64,000 nt of DNA from Collinsella sp. (GCA_036297525.1 JAXJKV010000019.1:10715-74714), one strand, 5' to 3'. Positions 8,354 through 17,617 are shown, counted from the stretch's first letter. Notes: generated by a model from the sequence alone, not told the origin. Numbers and translations: made by a program.

Positions 8354-10122
8354 TGCCCAACTCTATCTACAATCCCATATCGCTGGAGGTCGGCAACATC
8401 CTGAAGGACGTTCAGACGGGCAAGATCGGCCTGCCCGACCTGCAACGGCCTTTCGTGTGGGGCAATGAAAAGGTTCGCGATCTGCTTGATTCCATGCTTC
8501 GCGGATACCCTATCGGCTATGTGATGCTATGGGACTCTCCGAGTGACGACGCGGGCAAGAGGTCTGCCATAGGCTCGAACCAAAAGGTGTACGCCGTCCC
8601 CAAGTCCCTTGTCATCGACGGACAGCAGAGGCTCACTGCCCTCCTGAGCTCGCTGTACGGCGTGCCCGTGCGAGACAAGAACTTCAGGGAGCGTACGGTG
8701 AAGATCGCCTACGACCCCATCGCACGCTCATTCAAGAATGCCGACGCCTCGACCGAGAGGGATTCTCGCTATGTGCCGGACGTATCCGAGGCCTTCGCGG
8801 CGAACCACGACAACAAGCTGAGCGCCTATCGCAGGGCGTTCATCAAGCGCCTTAACGAGGCGAATGCCAAAAAGGGCGAACCCGAACTCGACGATGGCGG
8901 CGAGGATGCCGTCGAGAGCGGGCTCAACGCATTGCTCGGGCTTGAGCGTTATCTTCTGCCGACACTGGAGATTTCCGAATCGGCTGACGAGGAGACCGTA
9001 TCGGACATCTTCGTGCGCGTGAACTCGCAAGGGCAGGCGCTTAAGCAGGATGACTTCATCATGACCCTGCTTTCGGTCTACGAACCTGCCATGAGGGAGC
9101 GCATAGAGGAGTTCTGCGCCATGAGCCATGCGCCCGCAAAGGGCACCTCGTACAACCCGCTCATGACCGTCTCGCCGACGCATATCATCCGCGCCACGGT
9201 GGGCGTGGGGTTCAAGAGGGGTCGCCTGCGTTACGCCTACCAGATTCTTCGCGGACGAGATCTCAAGACAAAGGAAACAACGCCCGAGACGCGGGCCGAG
9301 AACTTTGCCACGTTCGGTCGCGCCCTCGATCTCGTGCTCGACTTGAACAACTGGCATGCCTTCATCAACACGCTGGCGGAGGCGGGCTATGTCTGTTCCG
9401 ACCAGGTGGGGTCGGGCAATGCGCTCATGTTCTGTTATGCGTTTTACCTTATCGGGCGCTATGAGTTCGGTATGGAGTCGTTGGCTGTGCGCAGGCTCGT
9501 GCGACGCTGGTATTTCGCCGCAGCCATAACGGGGCTCTATGTGGGGTCCTTCGAATCCGAGTTCGAGCAGCAGCTTAACGACGTCTCGCGCCTTGAGACC
9601 GCCGATGAGTTCCGGGCGTACTTCGACCGTAGGCTCGCTGCCATCATGACGGACGATTATTTCTCCATCACGCTGCCCAGCTCCCTCGACGCAAACGAGG
9701 CGACAGGCCCGACCTGGTGGGGCTTCGTCGCGGCTCAGGTCGTACTCGGTGCCAAGGCGCTGTTCAGCACGGCCCCGCTGTCCCAGCTCCTGCTCATGGG
9801 CTCGTCGGGCTCGAAGAAGGCGCTGGACAAGCACCACCTGTTCCCGGACAACTACCTGAAGTCCAGGGGCTACCTCTCGCAGCGTAGCAACAGGGGCAAC
9901 TTCACCCTCGTGGACTACCAGAACAACATCTACATCTCGGACGACGCCCCGAGCGAGTACGTCAGGAAGTACCGCGACTCGCTGGGGGAGGACGAGTACC
10001 GCCGCAACTGCGAGGAGCATGCCCTGCCCATAGGGTTCGAGGACCTCGATTACGAGGAGTTCCTCGGCAGGCGCAGGCGTCTCATGGGCGAGCTGGTGAA
10101 GAGGGCGTACGAGCAGTTGTAG
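8353..10122 (+). CDS. GmrSD-family (DUF262 + C-terminal HNH-like) modification-dependent restriction protein
   Basis: LPDLQRPFVW, LLDS..GYPIG, IDGQQRLT, IFVRVNSQG (DUF262 motifs); C-terminal DKHHLFP...NRGNFTLV...N; overlaps the stop of the upstream RM gene. Confidence 0.85.
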   Translation: MPNSIYNPISLEVGNILKDVQTGKIGLPDLQRPFVWGNEKVRDLLDSMLRGYPIGYVMLWDSPSDDAGKRSAIGSNQKVYAVPKSLVIDGQQRLTALLSSLYGVPVRDKNFRERTVKIAYDPIARSFKNADASTERDSRYVPDVSEAFAANHDNKLSAYRRAFIKRLNEANAKKGEPELDDGGEDAVESGLNALLGLERYLLPTLEISESADEETVSDIFVRVNSQGQALKQDDFIMTLLSVYEPAMRERIEEFCAMSHAPAKGTSYNPLMTVSPTHIIRATVGVGFKRGRLRYAYQILRGRDLKTKETTPETRAENFATFGRALDLVLDLNNWHAFINTLAEAGYVCSDQVGSGNALMFCYAFYLIGRYEFGMESLAVRRLVRRWYFAAAITGLYVGSFESEFEQQLNDVSRLETADEFRAYFDRRLAAIMTDDYFSITLPSSLDANEATGPTWWGFVAAQVVLGAKALFSTAPLSQLLLMGSSGSKKALDKHHLFPDNYLKSRGYLSQRSNRGNFTLVDYQNNIYISDDAPSEYVRKYRDSLGEDEYRRNCEEHALPIGFEDLDYEEFLGRRRRLMGELVKRAYEQL

Positions 10123-10489
10123 GCTCGCGCCATGGACCCGCCCCTGAGGGTCGAGGCGTAGCAATCGGCCTTGCGGCCGATGGGTCCCGCTTATGGGCGG
10201 GCCCCCCGCGACGCGAGGCGTCGCTCTCGCTGCGGCTCCCTGCAACGCTCCCCATGGGTCGCGTTTCGTCCGCCTCCGCTCACGCCGGCCCCGCCCGCCG
10301 AACGGCTGCGCTCGATGGCTTCCGGAAGTCGCCATCGCTCCGCCGTGGTCGCCGGGCGGGGCCTCTCGCGCCGGGTCGCCAAGCGCCGTCGTACGACGCT
10401 CCCCAGGGTCGTGTCTCCTCGGCGTCGGCTCAGCCGGCGCTCACCCGCCCGGGCTCGCGTTGCCCCTGGCAAGTGGCTCGCTCCGTGCG

Positions 10490-10527
10490 GGCAAGATATG
10501 GATTCCGTTGCACGGAATCATCTTGCC
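10490..10527. promoter_or_regulatory. Candidate oriT
   Basis: Nested inverted repeat GGCAAGAT..GATTCCGT-TGC-ACGGAATC-ATCTTGCC ending in CATCTTGC, similar to the MOBP nic consensus YATCCTG^Y; ~80 bp from the relaxase 3' end. Confidence 0.5.
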
Positions 10528-10607
10528 GCCTGCGGCGGGGGCGAACCGCTCCGAAGTCGCTCTCGCCAAAAGGGGCCGGGACGCCTGTTGCGTCCCGGCC
10601 CAAATGC

Positions 10608-11546
10608 TCAGTCCCCTCGCCCGTTCTGGTTTTCGAGCGCCTTGCGCTCGAGCTCCCAGAACACCCTCATCGCCGTCGCTATCCCGCGCAGCGTGAAGCG
10701 GACGACGAGGCCGGTCGAGTGGTCGACCGCGAAGCCGAGCCTGCCGCCGTTGACCTTCCGCACAGCCCCGAGGGCCTTCGAGAAGAATCGGTACTGGAGG
10801 CTCCCGCCCTTCGACCTGGCGAGCTCGATGCCGTCCCGCCTGAGCCGCCGCTCAAGCTCGCCCATCCGGTCGGGGCAGTCGCGCATGCGCCCGACCTCCT
10901 CGATCCGGCGGGCGACCGCGACGCGGATGCGGGCGTTCTCCGAGCGCTCGGCCTGCCCCTTTCGGGTCATGTCGCGCTCTTCCGTGCCGGGTTGCCTCGC
11001 GTGGACGCGCGAGTTGGCCTTGCCGCGCTCAAGCTGCCTGAGTCCATACCTCTCGTCCAGGGTACGGACGGTCTTCACGCGTGATGCCGCCGCCTTTCGG
11101 GCGGGGCCCTCGTCGAGCCTTCGGCCGGTTTTCAGATCACTGCGGTTGATGCCGAGGTGCACGGCGTAGCGGTCAGTGGCGTCCGCGCGGCAGCGCTCGC
11201 GGTGCAGCACCATCACGACCTCCTGGTTGGGGTAGCGCTCGGCCACGTACTCCCTCACATAGCGCATGCACAGCTCCGGCGTCATCTTCCCGCCGTTGAG
11301 GTCGCACTCGTCTGGGAGGAACCCGAGTATCTGGTGCTGCATGTAGGTACACTTGGCACCGGCCTTGCCGGGCCTGTCGTGACCCATGGCCGCCCTCGTG
11401 TCCGCCATCTCCTGAAACCAGCGGTCATCGTCGATGATGTTCTGCGTGCCGTGGGCGAGCGCCTTGTCGCGGTCCCAGGAGAGGTAATCCCTGAGTCTCG
11501 CGAGGTGCCTCTCGCTGCAGACGCTCGTCTGCTTTATCGCCGTCAT
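10608..11546 (-). CDS. Relaxase/mobilization nuclease (MOBP-like)
   Basis: N-terminal Tyr (LRDYL), motif II QHQILGFLPDE, motif III-like VLHRE...YAVHLGINRSDLKTGRR; co-oriented with mobC and T4CP. Confidence 0.75.
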   Translation of the reverse strand: MTAIKQTSVCSERHLARLRDYLSWDRDKALAHGTQNIIDDDRWFQEMADTRAAMGHDRPGKAGAKCTYMQHQILGFLPDECDLNGGKMTPELCMRYVREYVAERYPNQEVVMVLHRERCRADATDRYAVHLGINRSDLKTGRRLDEGPARKAAASRVKTVRTLDERYGLRQLERGKANSRVHARQPGTEERDMTRKGQAERSENARIRVAVARRIEEVGRMRDCPDRMGELERRLRRDGIELARSKGGSLQYRFFSKALGAVRKVNGGRLGFAVDHSTGLVVRFTLRGIATAMRVFWELERKALENQNGRGD

Positions 11547-11556
11547 GGTTGCCTCC

Positions 11557-13479
11557 CTAGTCGAGCGAGAGCCCGCTGAATTTGCCGCCCGGCTTGCTCC
11601 CGTTCTTCTTCTCCGACTCGGGCCACTTTGGGCACCAGGTCGAGGTCTCCTCGCGCATCTTCCCAGCAGCTGACTCGTCGAGGCGGCGCTGGTAGGCGCG
11701 ACGGTTCTCCGCCTCGTGCTCGGGGGTCCCGAGGTCGAAGTGCTCCCTTGTGGGCGTGTTGGTGCAGTCGGTGACGGGGGAGCGGAAGACGCCGGCTCGA
11801 CATGCGGGCATACCGTTGTCCGCGTGCTTCACGACGATGATCCCGTCCCGGTCCGGGGCCATGCCGCGCCACTCCCAGGGGTGTATCACGTCGTCGGCGC
11901 TCTCGCTGTAGGACGTCGAGGATGACGTGCCCGACGCGGCCCTGCCGTTGCTCGTGCCCTGCGTGTGGCGCGTGGTCTTGCCGATGAGCTCGGTGAAGTA
12001 CCGGCGGTCCTCCTCCTCGGCGAGCTTCATCGCAATCTTGACCCCGCAGTTCGCGAGGATCTTCCTGCGGCCGTCTCTCTCGCCATACTTGTTGAGCTGG
12101 GATATGTCCTGCGTCGCTCCGATCCAGAACGTCCCGCACCCGCGCCCGAGACTGAGGAGGGCGGGCAGGCACTCGACGCGGGGCAGGTTGCCCCACTCGT
12201 CGCCGAGTATCTGCACGGGGCGGGGGAGCCTGCCGCCGTTCACGTCCGCGACCGCCTGGACCGAAGCCCAGAGCTGCGAGAGGAACATCGCCGCGATGCA
12301 GTTGTAGGGGGAGCCCTCGTCGAGCACGTGGAGGAAGACGGCGCTCTTCTCCGTGAGCACCGTGTGCGGGTCGATGTCGGAGCCGGAGGTCATCCAGGCG
12401 ACCGGGGCGGAGGAGAACGGGCGCAGGGCGACCTTGAGCGTCGAGAGGATGCTCCTGAGCTCGTTGCCGCCCGAGGAGACGAACTGCGACGCCCTGCCCT
12501 TGGCGGGGTGGCCGCTCGGCAGAGCGCGGAAGACGGCCTTCAGGGGCTCGGACGGGTCGTCTCCCTCGGCCTCGGTGCCGCGGTCCAGGACCTCGCAGAC
12601 GGTCGCGAGGTGCTTTAATTCCTCGGGACACTCGTCGGACATGGAGACCAGCAGGACCAGGGCCGAGAGCAGGCCCCTGGCCGAGGCGGTCCAGTGCGAG
12701 CCCTTGTCTTTCTCGTCGTCCTGCACCACGAGCTCCGCGATGGCGTCCGCCGCCTGCTCGGCCTCCTGGTCGCGTCCCTCGGCATGGAGGTCGAGCACCT
12801 GCTTGAGCGGGTTGAACCTCTGTCCCCTATAGGGGTGCTGCGTGTCGAGAAGCAGGACGCGATAGCCGCGACGGGCCAGCTCGTCGCCCGTGAGTTCTAT
12901 GAGCTCGTTTTTCACGTCGGAGACGATTAGGGTCGCGGGCTCGGATCCGTTGGAAGCGCCGCCGTAGCTGAGCAGGTCGATTGAGGGGAGATAGAGGAAG
13001 CGACTCTTACCTGACCCGGTGGCCCCTGACACGAAGGCCATCTTCTTGGGCTCGTAGAGATAGCAGGGTTTGCCGTGATACTTGGTGAACCCATAGACGA
13101 ACCCACGTGACGAGGGATTCGTCGAGCCGTCCCAGGTCATGGACCCTTTTATGACCTCGCGACCCGTCTTGACGTGGGCGTCGCCGAGCACGCCGCCGTC
13201 CTCGGCCCTCGCGTTGAGGGTGGTCGAGTAGGCGATGAGAGCGCAGATGCAAAAGGCGAGGAGGAAGGTCAGCAGGGTTCCGAGCGGGCGAGCAGTGAAC
13301 GCACCCGTGAGCCACCAGCCGAGGACGGTATCCACGCCGAACGACGACGGAATCGCAGCCGCGCCTAACGGTGTCCCGGCGACGAAATCGTCGACGGGGA
13401 CGGCGAGGACGGGGCATGCGAGGGTCGCTAGGAGAAGAGATGATATGAGCGCTGTGGGCATCTTGGTTTTCATGATCAT
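11557..13479 (-). CDS. VirD4/TraG-family type IV coupling protein
   Basis: Two N-terminal hydrophobic segments, Walker A GATGSGKS, SDVKNEL, RFNPL, Walker B ILGDEWGNL, ATQDISQL...YG...ILANC; ATG at 13479 overlaps the mobC stop (ATGA). Confidence 0.9.
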   Translation of the reverse strand: MIMKTKMPTALISSLLLATLACPVLAVPVDDFVAGTPLGAAAIPSSFGVDTVLGWWLTGAFTARPLGTLLTFLLAFCICALIAYSTTLNARAEDGGVLGDAHVKTGREVIKGSMTWDGSTNPSSRGFVYGFTKYHGKPCYLYEPKKMAFVSGATGSGKSRFLYLPSIDLLSYGGASNGSEPATLIVSDVKNELIELTGDELARRGYRVLLLDTQHPYRGQRFNPLKQVLDLHAEGRDQEAEQAADAIAELVVQDDEKDKGSHWTASARGLLSALVLLVSMSDECPEELKHLATVCEVLDRGTEAEGDDPSEPLKAVFRALPSGHPAKGRASQFVSSGGNELRSILSTLKVALRPFSSAPVAWMTSGSDIDPHTVLTEKSAVFLHVLDEGSPYNCIAAMFLSQLWASVQAVADVNGGRLPRPVQILGDEWGNLPRVECLPALLSLGRGCGTFWIGATQDISQLNKYGERDGRRKILANCGVKIAMKLAEEEDRRYFTELIGKTTRHTQGTSNGRAASGTSSSTSYSESADDVIHPWEWRGMAPDRDGIIVVKHADNGMPACRAGVFRSPVTDCTNTPTREHFDLGTPEHEAENRRAYQRRLDESAAGKMREETSTWCPKWPESEKKNGSKPGGKFSGLSLD

Positions 13480-13820
13480 TCTCGATTCTTGGAGATGAGG
13501 TTCGATAGCTGCGAGGCCGTGCTCGATACCAGACGGATGGCCTCCGCGAGCTGTTGGGCCGTCTGCGTATCCACGCCATAGGCGTTTGCGGTGCGGAGGG
13601 CCTGGTTGAGGTTTCCGCCCTGCTTCTTCATCTGATGAAGAAGCTGCCGCAGCGTCGCCTCGTCGGCGATCCTGACGGGCTTCTCGCCGATGAGGAGGGC
13701 GGCTTCGCGCATGAACGTCGATGGGGCCATACCAAAAGAGGAGGAGCGCACCGTGATGGCGGCACGCTCCTCCTCGGTCATGCGGACGTTTATATGCGCG
13801 GTCTTGGCTTTGCCACGCAT
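13476..13820 (-). CDS. mobC: Relaxosome accessory protein MobC
   Basis: RHH-like INVRMTEEE...STFMREAAL and the GGNLNQ motif. Confidence 0.85.
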   Translation of the reverse strand: MRGKAKTAHINVRMTEEERAAITVRSSSFGMAPSTFMREAALLIGEKPVRIADEATLRQLLHQMKKQGGNLNQALRTANAYGVDTQTAQQLAEAIRLVSSTASQLSNLISKNRE

Positions 13821-13823
13821 GGG

Positions 13824-14720
13824 CTAGCCCCTGTCGTGGAAGGTGGCGCGTGCACCGTCGAAGTCGAGTCGGGACTCGCCCAGCGTGCCGTAGCGGTTCT
13901 TGAGGGCGACGAGCTTGAGGGGCGTGCCGGTTGCGGGAGACTCGTAGGGCCACTCGGGCTTGTCATTGTCATCGGCGAGGTAGAGCACCGAGTCAAAGCC
14001 GTACTCGACAGCGGAGGAACCACCGAACATGGCGAGGTTGGGCCTGGCCGACTTCCCGGAATCGTAGGACTTGCGAGTGGTCGAGCTCAGTGCGATGACA
14101 GGAGAGCCATAGAGGTTCGAGATTTCGCGGAGGCCCTTCACGCATGCTGTGATAGCCAATCGCTCGTCGATGAACTGCTGGTCCGCCGTGACGCCGCAGG
14201 CGAGGAGCTGGAGGTAGTCAATGAAGACGATGGGGACCTCGCCGCGCTCGCGTGTTACCAGCCCGACGAGGTTGGAGAGCTCCACGGTGTTGAGCGGGCC
14301 GGTGATGCAGAGATTGGGGGCGATCTGGGTGCGATATTTGTCGAGTGCAGCCTCGAAAGTCGTGTGCTTAGGGTGATTCTGGGTCGCGCAGCTGGAGACC
14401 TCGGACAACGCGACTTTGCCGTCGCTGAGACGCGCCAGACTCTTCTCGATCAGCTTGTGCGCGGGAAGCTCGGCGGAAACGTAGATTACCGGGTGCCCGT
14501 CTGCCGCGAGCTTGTCGGCCTCCTGGAGTGCCAGTGTCGTCTTGCCCTTGCCCGGGGCGGTCCCGATTGCGTAGTTGAGCCCGGGGTAGACACCGCCGAG
14601 GATGCTGTTGAGTGCGTCGAGCCCGAAGGAGGCGATGGGCTTGTCTTCCTGAAGGGCGTGGACGTGCTCGTCGAGCACATCAAGCTCGAAGACGAGGGGA
14701 TTGACGTTCGGGCGCTGCAT
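13824..14720 (-). CDS. DnaB-like helicase (C-terminal ATPase domain only)
   Basis: GTAPGKGKT Walker A, YVSAEL, VFIDYLQLL, GSSAVEY..DSVLYL, KNRYG. Confidence 0.85.
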   Translation of the reverse strand: MQRPNVNPLVFELDVLDEHVHALQEDKPIASFGLDALNSILGGVYPGLNYAIGTAPGKGKTTLALQEADKLAADGHPVIYVSAELPAHKLIEKSLARLSDGKVALSEVSSCATQNHPKHTTFEAALDKYRTQIAPNLCITGPLNTVELSNLVGLVTRERGEVPIVFIDYLQLLACGVTADQQFIDERLAITACVKGLREISNLYGSPVIALSSTTRKSYDSGKSARPNLAMFGGSSAVEYGFDSVLYLADDNDKPEWPYESPATGTPLKLVALKNRYGTLGESRLDFDGARATFHDRG

Positions 14721-14962
14721 TACTCGCTCGCCCCCTCTGCCAGCTTGTGGAAGTAGTCGAACAGGTCCTCTTCCATGACGAAGTACTGGTTGGCGATGCT
14801 AAAGCAGTGGTGGGTGGACTTCATGAGCTTGATGGCGCTGGATTGTCCGATGCCGGTGAGGATCTGAACGTCCAGGCGGCTCATGATGCGCTTGGTGCCG
14901 ACATGGCGCAGGTTGATGCCTGCGGAGATGGCGTCGGTCTTGGGGTCATCTGCAAGATGCAT
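14720..14962 (-). CDS. Small HTH protein, possible excisionase
   Basis: 80 aa, MSRLDVQILTGIGQSSAIKLM helix-turn-helix-like segment; RBS AAGGAG; coupled to the helicase gene. Confidence 0.5.
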   Translation of the reverse strand: MHLADDPKTDAISAGINLRHVGTKRIMSRLDVQILTGIGQSSAIKLMKSTHHCFSIANQYFVMEEDLFDYFHKLAEGASE

Positions 14963-15054
14963 GATAAACTCCTTTAGTAGGGCGCTCGGCTCCTCTTCGA
15001 TGTTTGGCGACAGTGAGAGGAGTCGGGTGCTTGTTTGTAAAATGGTTTTATCGA

Positions 15055-15741
15055 CTAATTAGCCCCTTTCTTCTCGTATTCGTCGATAAGGTGCAGAAGG
15101 CTGATTCGAGCTTCTGCGGGCTCGCTGTATCCCTTGCGGGATGATCTGCCGATGTTGGCGAAATCGAGCAGAGCACGGTAAGTGCAGGAATAGCCCTTGA
15201 TGTGCTCCCATGCGTTGAGAATGTATGAGACCAAAGGTGTAACGGCGAGCAACGCTGTAGGGTCTTGCAGGGTAGTTTCGAGTTCACGGCCGGTCTTAGC
15301 CTGGATACGTGCGTCGAGGTTGCACTCGGGCATCTTTGCAGCCTCTTCCATAATGAGGCAAATGCTGTCCCAGTTAGTGCGGAGATGATGAACGCGCTCG
15401 CTCGTGGTGTCGATGCAGATCCTTGCTTCATGACAGTAGTCAAAAAAGCCTTTGATGACGTCGCGGCAATCATTTTCTGGCTGGATTGCGCTCCAGTCCT
15501 CGAACATGCCCTCGAAGGCGTCGAGACAGCTCCCATCCTCAGCATAGATGAGCTGCGCGGCCCACCTGCCTAGATCCGAGCTCGTCAGCTGCTCCATGGG
15601 AAGCCTCGCTAGGAGCGCGGACGGGGTGAGACCCCTTGCCGCGGCGAGGTCAGCGCTGGAGCGCTTGAAGAGTACCTGCTCATCCTTTGAGTTGAATAGG
15701 ATTGTCGAACGCAGCTTGCTGCTCGCAGTGGTAAGTGCCAT
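15055..15741 (-). CDS. Hypothetical protein (IME)
   Basis: 228-aa ORF with GAGGAGG RBS between integrase and HTH gene. Confidence 0.65.
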   Translation of the reverse strand: MALTTASSKLRSTILFNSKDEQVLFKRSSADLAAARGLTPSALLARLPMEQLTSSDLGRWAAQLIYAEDGSCLDAFEGMFEDWSAIQPENDCRDVIKGFFDYCHEARICIDTTSERVHHLRTNWDSICLIMEEAAKMPECNLDARIQAKTGRELETTLQDPTALLAVTPLVSYILNAWEHIKGYSCTYRALLDFANIGRSSRKGYSEPAEARISLLHLIDEYEKKGAN

Positions 15742-15805
15742 TGATAACCTCCTCTCTGTTTGGCCTTATTTGCAGTATACATCTGGTGACACAATTATGA
15801 GAGTA

Positions 15806-17113
15806 TTAATTTTCATTACCTTCAGATAATTTTTCGAAGACTTCGGCAGCGTTGCGGTCGTTGGCTCTGATTGCGTGGGTGTAGAAATTGGCCGTCGTAC
15901 TCGCTGATGCGTGTCCCATCCGCGCCTGAACGGTCTTCAAATCGACGTTGTTTGCGACGAGCGCCGTCGCTGCCGTGTGTCTCAGTCCGTGGGGGACGAG
16001 ACCCGAGTATCCGGTGCCGCGTGTGTGCAGCTTGCCGTTGCGCTCGAACTGGCTTGTCACGTTGGCGTACTCGCCATAGCCGTTGTCGACGCAGAAGTCC
16101 CTGAACCAGCGTGAATAGTTGTGTCCATCGGGTCGGGTGATACTGACGTGAAGGTTGCCGTTTTCGTCCTTATGCGGGCTGAGGGCGTGAACGATGGGGT
16201 CAGAGTTTCTCTGTCTTAGCCCGCGTTGCTCGAATAGGTTGCGCTGCCGCATCTTCCAGTCGTTTAGATACGCGGCTAGCGAAGAGTCTATAGACAGGAT
16301 CCGCCTGCTCATTTCCGATTTGGGTGCCCTGAGCGTTTTGTCATTGGTGTACTGGTGGACGATTCTGATTTCCATCGCCTCGGGGTCGTAGTCTTCCCAA
16401 CAGAGCCCCAGGGCCTCGCCTTTTCTGAGTCCTAGGTGGAATATGAGCATGGTGCAGACGGTCATCGGTCCCATGGGTTCGGATAGCAGGCATTTGGTGA
16501 ATCGGGGCAGTTCGTCGGGTGGGAGGAAGTTGCGCACTCTAAGGTCTGGCTTTGGGAGTTTGACGCTGATGCATGGGTTGCGCTCGATTAGCTCATTCTC
16601 CAGTGCGTCCTGCATGACCTGTTTGAGCTTGACGTGGATACGACGAATCTCGGCCTCTGTGAATCTTCCGGTTGAGATTGCTTCGGCATACGCCCGTTTG
16701 ATCTCGTCGGGTCTCAGCGCACCGAGGGGCATGTCGCCGAACAGCTCGCGTATATGGCGCACGTCATATTCCTCTCTTTGGAAAGAAAGAGGGGAGCCGA
16801 AGGAGCTTTCTCGGAGCCGATGGAAATCCTCGGCGTATCCGGAAACAGTGGTCGGCATGTCGCCAGCCGGTTCATAGGTCTCCAGCTCCTTCCGGTAGGC
16901 ATCGAGCGCATTCGCAACCTCACCGGGCCAGTTCTTCGGGTTTTTGCTCTTGCAATGGATGGTTCTCTTGGGTGTCTTTAGGTATCTGACTCGTTTCCCG
17001 TTCTTGCCGGATTCGGGGTCGCGACCGAGAGAGAAGTAGATGCGGAAGGAACCGGGTTTTCCCTTGATCGGTTCGGAAGTGCCTTTGGCAGTGGGTTTGA
17101 TTCTGGTTTCCAT
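15806..17113 (-). CDS. int: Tyrosine recombinase/integrase
   Basis: GLRKGEALGL (catalytic R), PKS, HGLRHT (HxxR), MGHAS...NFYTH (catalytic Y); adjacent to the right att site. Confidence 0.95.
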   Translation of the reverse strand: METRIKPTAKGTSEPIKGKPGSFRIYFSLGRDPESGKNGKRVRYLKTPKRTIHCKSKNPKNWPGEVANALDAYRKELETYEPAGDMPTTVSGYAEDFHRLRESSFGSPLSFQREEYDVRHIRELFGDMPLGALRPDEIKRAYAEAISTGRFTEAEIRRIHVKLKQVMQDALENELIERNPCISVKLPKPDLRVRNFLPPDELPRFTKCLLSEPMGPMTVCTMLIFHLGLRKGEALGLCWEDYDPEAMEIRIVHQYTNDKTLRAPKSEMSRRILSIDSSLAAYLNDWKMRQRNLFEQRGLRQRNSDPIVHALSPHKDENGNLHVSITRPDGHNYSRWFRDFCVDNGYGEYANVTSQFERNGKLHTRGTGYSGLVPHGLRHTAATALVANNVDLKTVQARMGHASASTTANFYTHAIRANDRNAAEVFEKLSEGNEN

Positions 17114-17133
17114 GGGTCTCCAGGGGTGGTGCG

Positions 17134-17188
17134 TTGGGTTAGCCTCGGGGGCGGGGCTTTGAGGGCCTCGCCCCCGAGGCTAACCCAA
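17134..17188. promoter_or_regulatory. 20-bp perfect inverted repeat in integrase leader
   Basis: TTGGGTTAGCCTCGGGGGCG / CGCCCCCGAGGCTAACCCAA, 20 nt upstream of the int ATG. Confidence 0.65.
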
Positions 17189-17191
17189 AAA

Positions 17192-17244
17192 TTTCACCCC
17201 TGCAAGTCAAAATGAAGGGGTAAAGGGGTGTAAAAAGGGTGAAA
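17192..17244. promoter_or_regulatory. Candidate integrase arm-type sites, right end
   Basis: TTTCACCCC, AGGGGTAAA, AGGGGTGTAA, AAGGGTGAAA; matches the motif at 5201-5299. Confidence 0.6.
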
Positions 17245-17351
17245 TAGAAAACTAATCAAGAAGAGCAAAAACGGCAGAATAGCTAAATTACCTGCGGAAA
17301 CAGAGATATTGATGAAAATGAAAAACCGCAGGTAGGGTAATAGCTCATGAC

Positions 17352-17396
17352 CTCCTAAAGCGGGTGTCGACGGTTCGAATCCGCCCGGGGGCACCA
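17352..17396 (+). repeat. att site: duplicated 3' half of tRNA-Arg(CCT)
   Basis: CTCCTAAAGCGGGTGTCGACGGTTCGAATCCGCCCGGGGGCACCA with no 5' half upstream; followed by hairpin GAGCCCGGTACC..GGTGCCGGGCTC. Confidence 0.92.
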
Positions 17397-17617
17397 GAGA
17401 TTGACCGAGCCCGGTACCGCTATGGTGCCGGGCTCTTCTGGTCTAAGGGCCGGATTCGGGCCGTCGACGCCCGCGTCACCAATATGGGTCGCATTTCGTC
17501 TAGCTCCGCCCGCGCCACCCTTCCCGTCGCCCGCATCATCAGGGCTGCATCGGTTAGAATCGTGTGTGCGACGCATCCCGTGCGCGGGCGGCCGAAGACT
17601 TGATCGGAGGTCCCCAA

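Larger units (their letters stand above)
5084..17396. mobile_element. Integrative mobilizable element (IME) inserted in tRNA-Arg(CCT)
   Basis: tRNA 3'-half direct repeat at 5084-5128 and 17352-17396 (18-bp identical core CTCCTAAAGCGGGTGTCG). Contains tyrosine integrase, MobC, relaxase and VirD4-like coupling protein, but no mating-pair-formation genes. Confidence 0.92.

Noticed and set aside
10171..11169. Plus-strand ORFs over the oriT/relaxase region
   Set aside because: Arg/Pro/Ser-rich translations of GC-rich non-coding DNA and the relaxase antisense strand.
13480..13953. N-terminal extension of the 798-aa VirD4 ORF
   Set aside because: Overlaps mobC and the helicase; the start at 13479 coupled to the mobC stop is more plausible.
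17352..17396. Second tRNA gene
   Set aside because: Only the 3' half is present; it is an att site.
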